NCBI GenBank assembly: GCA_035455965.1
Contig: DATIED010000267.1
Location: forward strand, 1 to 26,133
DNA length: 26,133 nt
Reading direction: 5' to 3'
DNA from: Spongiibacteraceae bacterium
Lineage (GTDB): Bacteria; Pseudomonadota; Gammaproteobacteria; Pseudomonadales; CAMLJR01
Shown: piece by piece, positions 23,098-26,133 of the stretch
Layout of the letters: each line of letters begins with the position of its first letter
Position numbering within the stretch: the first letter of the stretch is position 1
Program-made: the position numbers and the translations under genes
The notes under the pieces: model-generated
The model's database searches: none
What the model was told of the DNA's origin: nothing
Seen by the model: the letters and a program-made list of their open reading frames with translations, nothing else

Positions 23098-25368
23098 ATG
23101 TCGCAGGTCAAGCCGCTGTCCTCCCACAGCACATTATTCAGTCACCGAAAATACTGGGCCGAATGTTTCGGTCCGGCGCCATTTCTGCCGATGTCGCGGC
23201 AAGAGATGGATCAACTCGGCTGGGACTCCTGCGATATCATCATCGTCACCGGCGACGCCTACGTCGATCATCCCAGCTTCGGCATGGCAGTGATCGGTCG
23301 CACGCTGGAGGCGCAAGGGTTCCGCGTCGGCATCATTGCCCAGCCCGACTGGCATTCGAAAGAAGCCTTCATGCAACTCGGCAAACCGAATTTATTTTTC
23401 GGCGTCGCCGCCGGCAATATGGATTCGATGATCAACCGCTACACCGCCGATCGCCGCCTGCGCCACGACGACGCCTACTCGCCCGACGATGTCGGCGGCA
23501 AACGCCCGGACCGCGCAGTCATCGTCTATTCGCAGCGCTGCCAGGAAGCCTATAGCGATGTACCGGTAATCGTCGGCTCGATCGAGGCCAGCCTGCGTCG
23601 CATCGCCCACTACGATTACTGGAGCGACAAAGTACGGCGCTCCATTCTGCTCGACAGCAAAGCGGATTTATTGTTGTACGGCAATGCCGAGCGCGCGATT
23701 ATCGAAGTCGCGCATCGCATCGCCAATGGCGAACCGGTCGAGCAGATTCGCGATGTACGCGGCACCGCGTTTGCACTCAATGAAATCCCCGTCGGCTGGA
23801 CCGTGATCGACTCGACTGATTTCGATCAGCCGGGCAAAGTGGATTACCACAAAAATCCGTACGCAATGGTCGAAGAAGCGAGCGTTTGCGCCACTAAAAA
23901 AGCCGAGCCCGCAACCGCCGAAGACCTGACTCAGGTCGTGCGTATTCTCGATCCGCTCAGCGCGCGCAAAGCAAAGCTCGATCCTGCGCGCACAGTTATT
24001 CGCCTGCCGAGTTATGAGCAGGTAAAAGACGATCCGGTTTATTACGCGCACACCGCGCGCGTGCTGCACCTGGAAACCAATCCCGGCAATGCCCGCGCAC
24101 TGGTGCAGCGCCACGGCGAGCGTGAAGTGTGGTTGAACCCGCCGCCGATTCCGCTCGAAACCGAAGAGATGGATGCGGTATTCGAATTGCCGTATCAGCG
24201 CGTGCCGCATCCCGCATACGGCGACGCTAAAATTCCCGCCTACGACATGATTCGTTTCTCGGTGAACATCATGCGCGGCTGTTTCGGCGGCTGCACTTTC
24301 TGTTCGATCACCGAGCACGAAGGCCGCATCATTCAAAGCCGCTCGCAGGAATCGATCGTGCGCGAAGTCGAAATGATTCGCGACAAAACGCCGGGCTTCA
24401 CCGGCGCGATCTCCGATCTCGGCGGTCCCACCGCCAATATGTGGCGACTCAACTGTAAAAGTAAAACTATCGAAGAAAATTGCCGGCGCTTATCCTGCGT
24501 TTATCCCGGCATCTGCAAAAATCTCGATACCGATCAAACACCATTGATTGCACTGTATCGCGCGGTGCGTGCACTGCCCGGCATCAAGCGCGTGTTGATC
24601 GCCTCGGGATTGCGCTACGACCTCGCGGTCGAAACGCCGGAATACGTTCGCGAACTGGTAACGCATCACGTCGGCGGCTATTTAAAAATAGCGCCCGAGC
24701 ATACCGAGGGCAGCCCGCTTTCGAAAATGATGAAACCGGGCATCGGCACCTACGATAAATTCAAAGCGATGTTCGACAAGTTTTCGAAGCAGGCGGGCAA
24801 GGAGCAATTTCTGATTCCGTACTTCATCGCAGCGCATCCCGGCACCAGCGACGAAGATATGATGAACCTGGCGCTGTGGCTAAAACACAACGGCTTCCGC
24901 GCCGATCAGGTACAAACCTTCTACCCGTCGCCGATGGCGAACGCCACCGCGATGTATTATTCGGGTAAAGACCCGCTGCACAAAGTCGATCGCAATAGCG
25001 AAGCCGTTTTTTCCGCAAAAGGTTTAAAACAACGGCGTCTACACAAAGCATTCCTGCGTTATCACGATCCGGAAAACTGGCCGCTGCTGCGCGAGACGTT
25101 ACAAAAGATGGGCCGCTCCGATCTAATCGGCTACGGCAAAAAACAATTGATTCCGACGCGGCAGCCGGCCAACTGGCAGTCGACGAAACCGCAATCGACC
25201 AAAACGTTCTCGCCCAAAAACGCAACGGACCGAACTCCAGCGAAACCGCCAGCCAAAATCAAACCGGGCCGCATACTGACGCAACATACCGGCCTGCCGC
25301 CACGCGGCGATGCAAAACCTCGCGGCAAATCAACCACCACACCGAAAAGACCTGCCAAGCGGCGTTAA
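23098..25368 (+). CDS. ygiQ: YgiQ/UPF0313 family radical SAM protein
   Basis: [35 protein letters not shown]-terminus, CxxxCxxC motif [36 protein letters not shown] and a K/P-rich tail. Confidence 0.93.
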   Translation: MSQVKPLSSHSTLFSHRKYWAECFGPAPFLPMSRQEMDQLGWDSCDIIIVTGDAYVDHPSFGMAVIGRTLEAQGFRVGIIAQPDWHSKEAFMQLGKPNLFFGVAAGNMDSMINRYTADRRLRHDDAYSPDDVGGKRPDRAVIVYSQRCQEAYSDVPVIVGSIEASLRRIAHYDYWSDKVRRSILLDSKADLLLYGNAERAIIEVAHRIANGEPVEQIRDVRGTAFALNEIPVGWTVIDSTDFDQPGKVDYHKNPYAMVEEASVCATKKAEPATAEDLTQVVRILDPLSARKAKLDPARTVIRLPSYEQVKDDPVYYAHTARVLHLETNPGNARALVQRHGEREVWLNPPPIPLETEEMDAVFELPYQRVPHPAYGDAKIPAYDMIRFSVNIMRGCFGGCTFCSITEHEGRIIQSRSQESIVREVEMIRDKTPGFTGAISDLGGPTANMWRLNCKSKTIEENCRRLSCVYPGICKNLDTDQTPLIALYRAVRALPGIKRVLIASGLRYDLAVETPEYVRELVTHHVGGYLKIAPEHTEGSPLSKMMKPGIGTYDKFKAMFDKFSKQAGKEQFLIPYFIAAHPGTSDEDMMNLALWLKHNGFRADQVQTFYPSPMANATAMYYSGKDPLHKVDRNSEAVFSAKGLKQRRLHKAFLRYHDPENWPLLRETLQKMGRSDLIGYGKKQLIPTRQPANWQSTKPQSTKTFSPKNATDRTPAKPPAKIKPGRILTQHTGLPPRGDAKPRGKSTTTPKRPAKRR

Positions 25369-25420
25369 AAATAATAATGCGGGTACAGCGCAAGACTTGA
25401 CACCCTCGGTTACTGTTACT

Positions 25421-26133
25421 TCACAGCCCTCCGCCCCAACGGTGCTGCCAGGCCAATCCGAATAGATCGAACTCGTTACCGGTGCGTGCGGCCACGCCAT
25501 TGCTCGCATACAGTTTCACGGAGTTTTGGCGATCGATCGGTATTGCGAGTGTGAGGCCGCCGCGCCAGTTTTGTTGCAGATCGCGTTTGTCGAGGCCGTC
25601 GATGGTGGTGCTGCCGCCTTCGAAATAGGTCGCGTCGAGCGAGACCCACCAGCCGTTGCGAAAGTTGTAGATCAGGTGGCCCTGCGTTGAATAAATCGGA
25701 GCCTGTTCGCGCCGTTTGCCACCGTAGAAATCGTCATTGTCGGTATAGAACGTCGCGCCAGTGGCGAGCTCCAGCGTCCAGCGTTCGCGTGTTTTCGATA
25801 CGCCGAGTTCAGGGCGAAGCGACCAACGGTTTGAGCCGATATTGATCAGTCGTGTATCGGCATATTGGCCGAGTGGCAAACCGATCTGCAGGCTGCCGCC
25901 TACAATCAGGTCTTGCCGGTAATTAGCGAACTGTTTCAGATCCAACACGGGAGCACCGATAAAATTCACCGACAACCGGATTTTCGGGTCGGCGAAGCCA
26001 GTGACATTGCGTTCGAGCGGCGCACCGTTGAATTTCGCGCTACCGGAGAGATCCGTATACGGCGCAATCAGGTCGATCTTGGCCGATTGGCCGCCGAGTG
26101 CGAACACATGAGCGAGCCCGAGCACTGTGTTAT
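25421..26133 (-). CDS. Outer-membrane beta-barrel 'transporter', Phenol_MetA_deg-like family; 5' end lies beyond the window
   Basis: GFADPKIRLSVNFIGAP, PLGQYADTRLINIGSNRWSLRPELGVS, C-terminal WQHRWGGGL. The frame stays open to the window edge, so the listed GTG at 26125 is probably internal. Confidence 0.78.
   Translation of the reverse strand, partial: NTVLGLAHVFALGGQSAKIDLIAPYTDLSGSAKFNGAPLERNVTGFADPKIRLSVNFIGAPVLDLKQFANYRQDLIVGGSLQIGLPLGQYADTRLINIGSNRWSLRPELGVSKTRERWTLELATGATFYTDNDDFYGGKRREQAPIYSTQGHLIYNFRNGWWVSLDATYFEGGSTTIDGLDKRDLQQNWRGGLTLAIPIDRQNSVKLYASNGVAARTGNEFDLFGLAWQHRWGGGL

Noticed and set aside
1-26133. CRISPR array, tRNA/rRNA, transposase or integrase
   Set aside because: There are no regularly spaced repeats with unique spacers, no cloverleaf with T-loop/anticodon signatures, and no recombinase motifs in any ORF.

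Overview
This window is gammaproteobacterial-looking chromosomal DNA, roughly 55-60% GC by eye. A Cellvibrionales/Pseudomonadales-like lineage is inferred from the gene families only. It is built around a phosphate-starvation (Pho) locus on the minus strand: purU-phoB-phoR-pstS, then a ~6.4 kb interposed block, then pstC-pstA-pstB-phoU. The interposed block carries a VPLPA-CTERM-type surface protein, an orphan cobF, a TetR regulator with a palindromic operator, a TonB-dependent receptor and an atypical dicluster ferredoxin. The left part has the start of a MacAB-type ABC exporter operon, a stand-alone lamin-tail-domain (LTD) protein with a VPLPA-CTERM anchor, an M16 zinc peptidase and a ketosteroid-isomerase-like NTF2 protein. 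The right part has a YgiQ radical SAM protein and a truncated Phenol_MetA_deg-type outer-membrane protein. Four Pho-box promoters with identical geometry (11-bp-period half sites, exactly 10 bp, then a -10 hexamer) can be read directly. Three are expected (phoB, pstS, pstC). The fourth is unexpected and sits in front of the LTD/VPLPA-CTERM gene, which is the most interesting lead. Other notable structures are a five-hairpin intergenic element with alternative pairings between pstA and pstB, a 109-bp palindrome with two CsrA-type GGA loops, an apparently leaderless pstC transcript, and several 14-18 bp tandem duplications. I saw no tRNA, rRNA, CRISPR array, transposase or integrase. All calls come from motif reading by hand; no database search was run.
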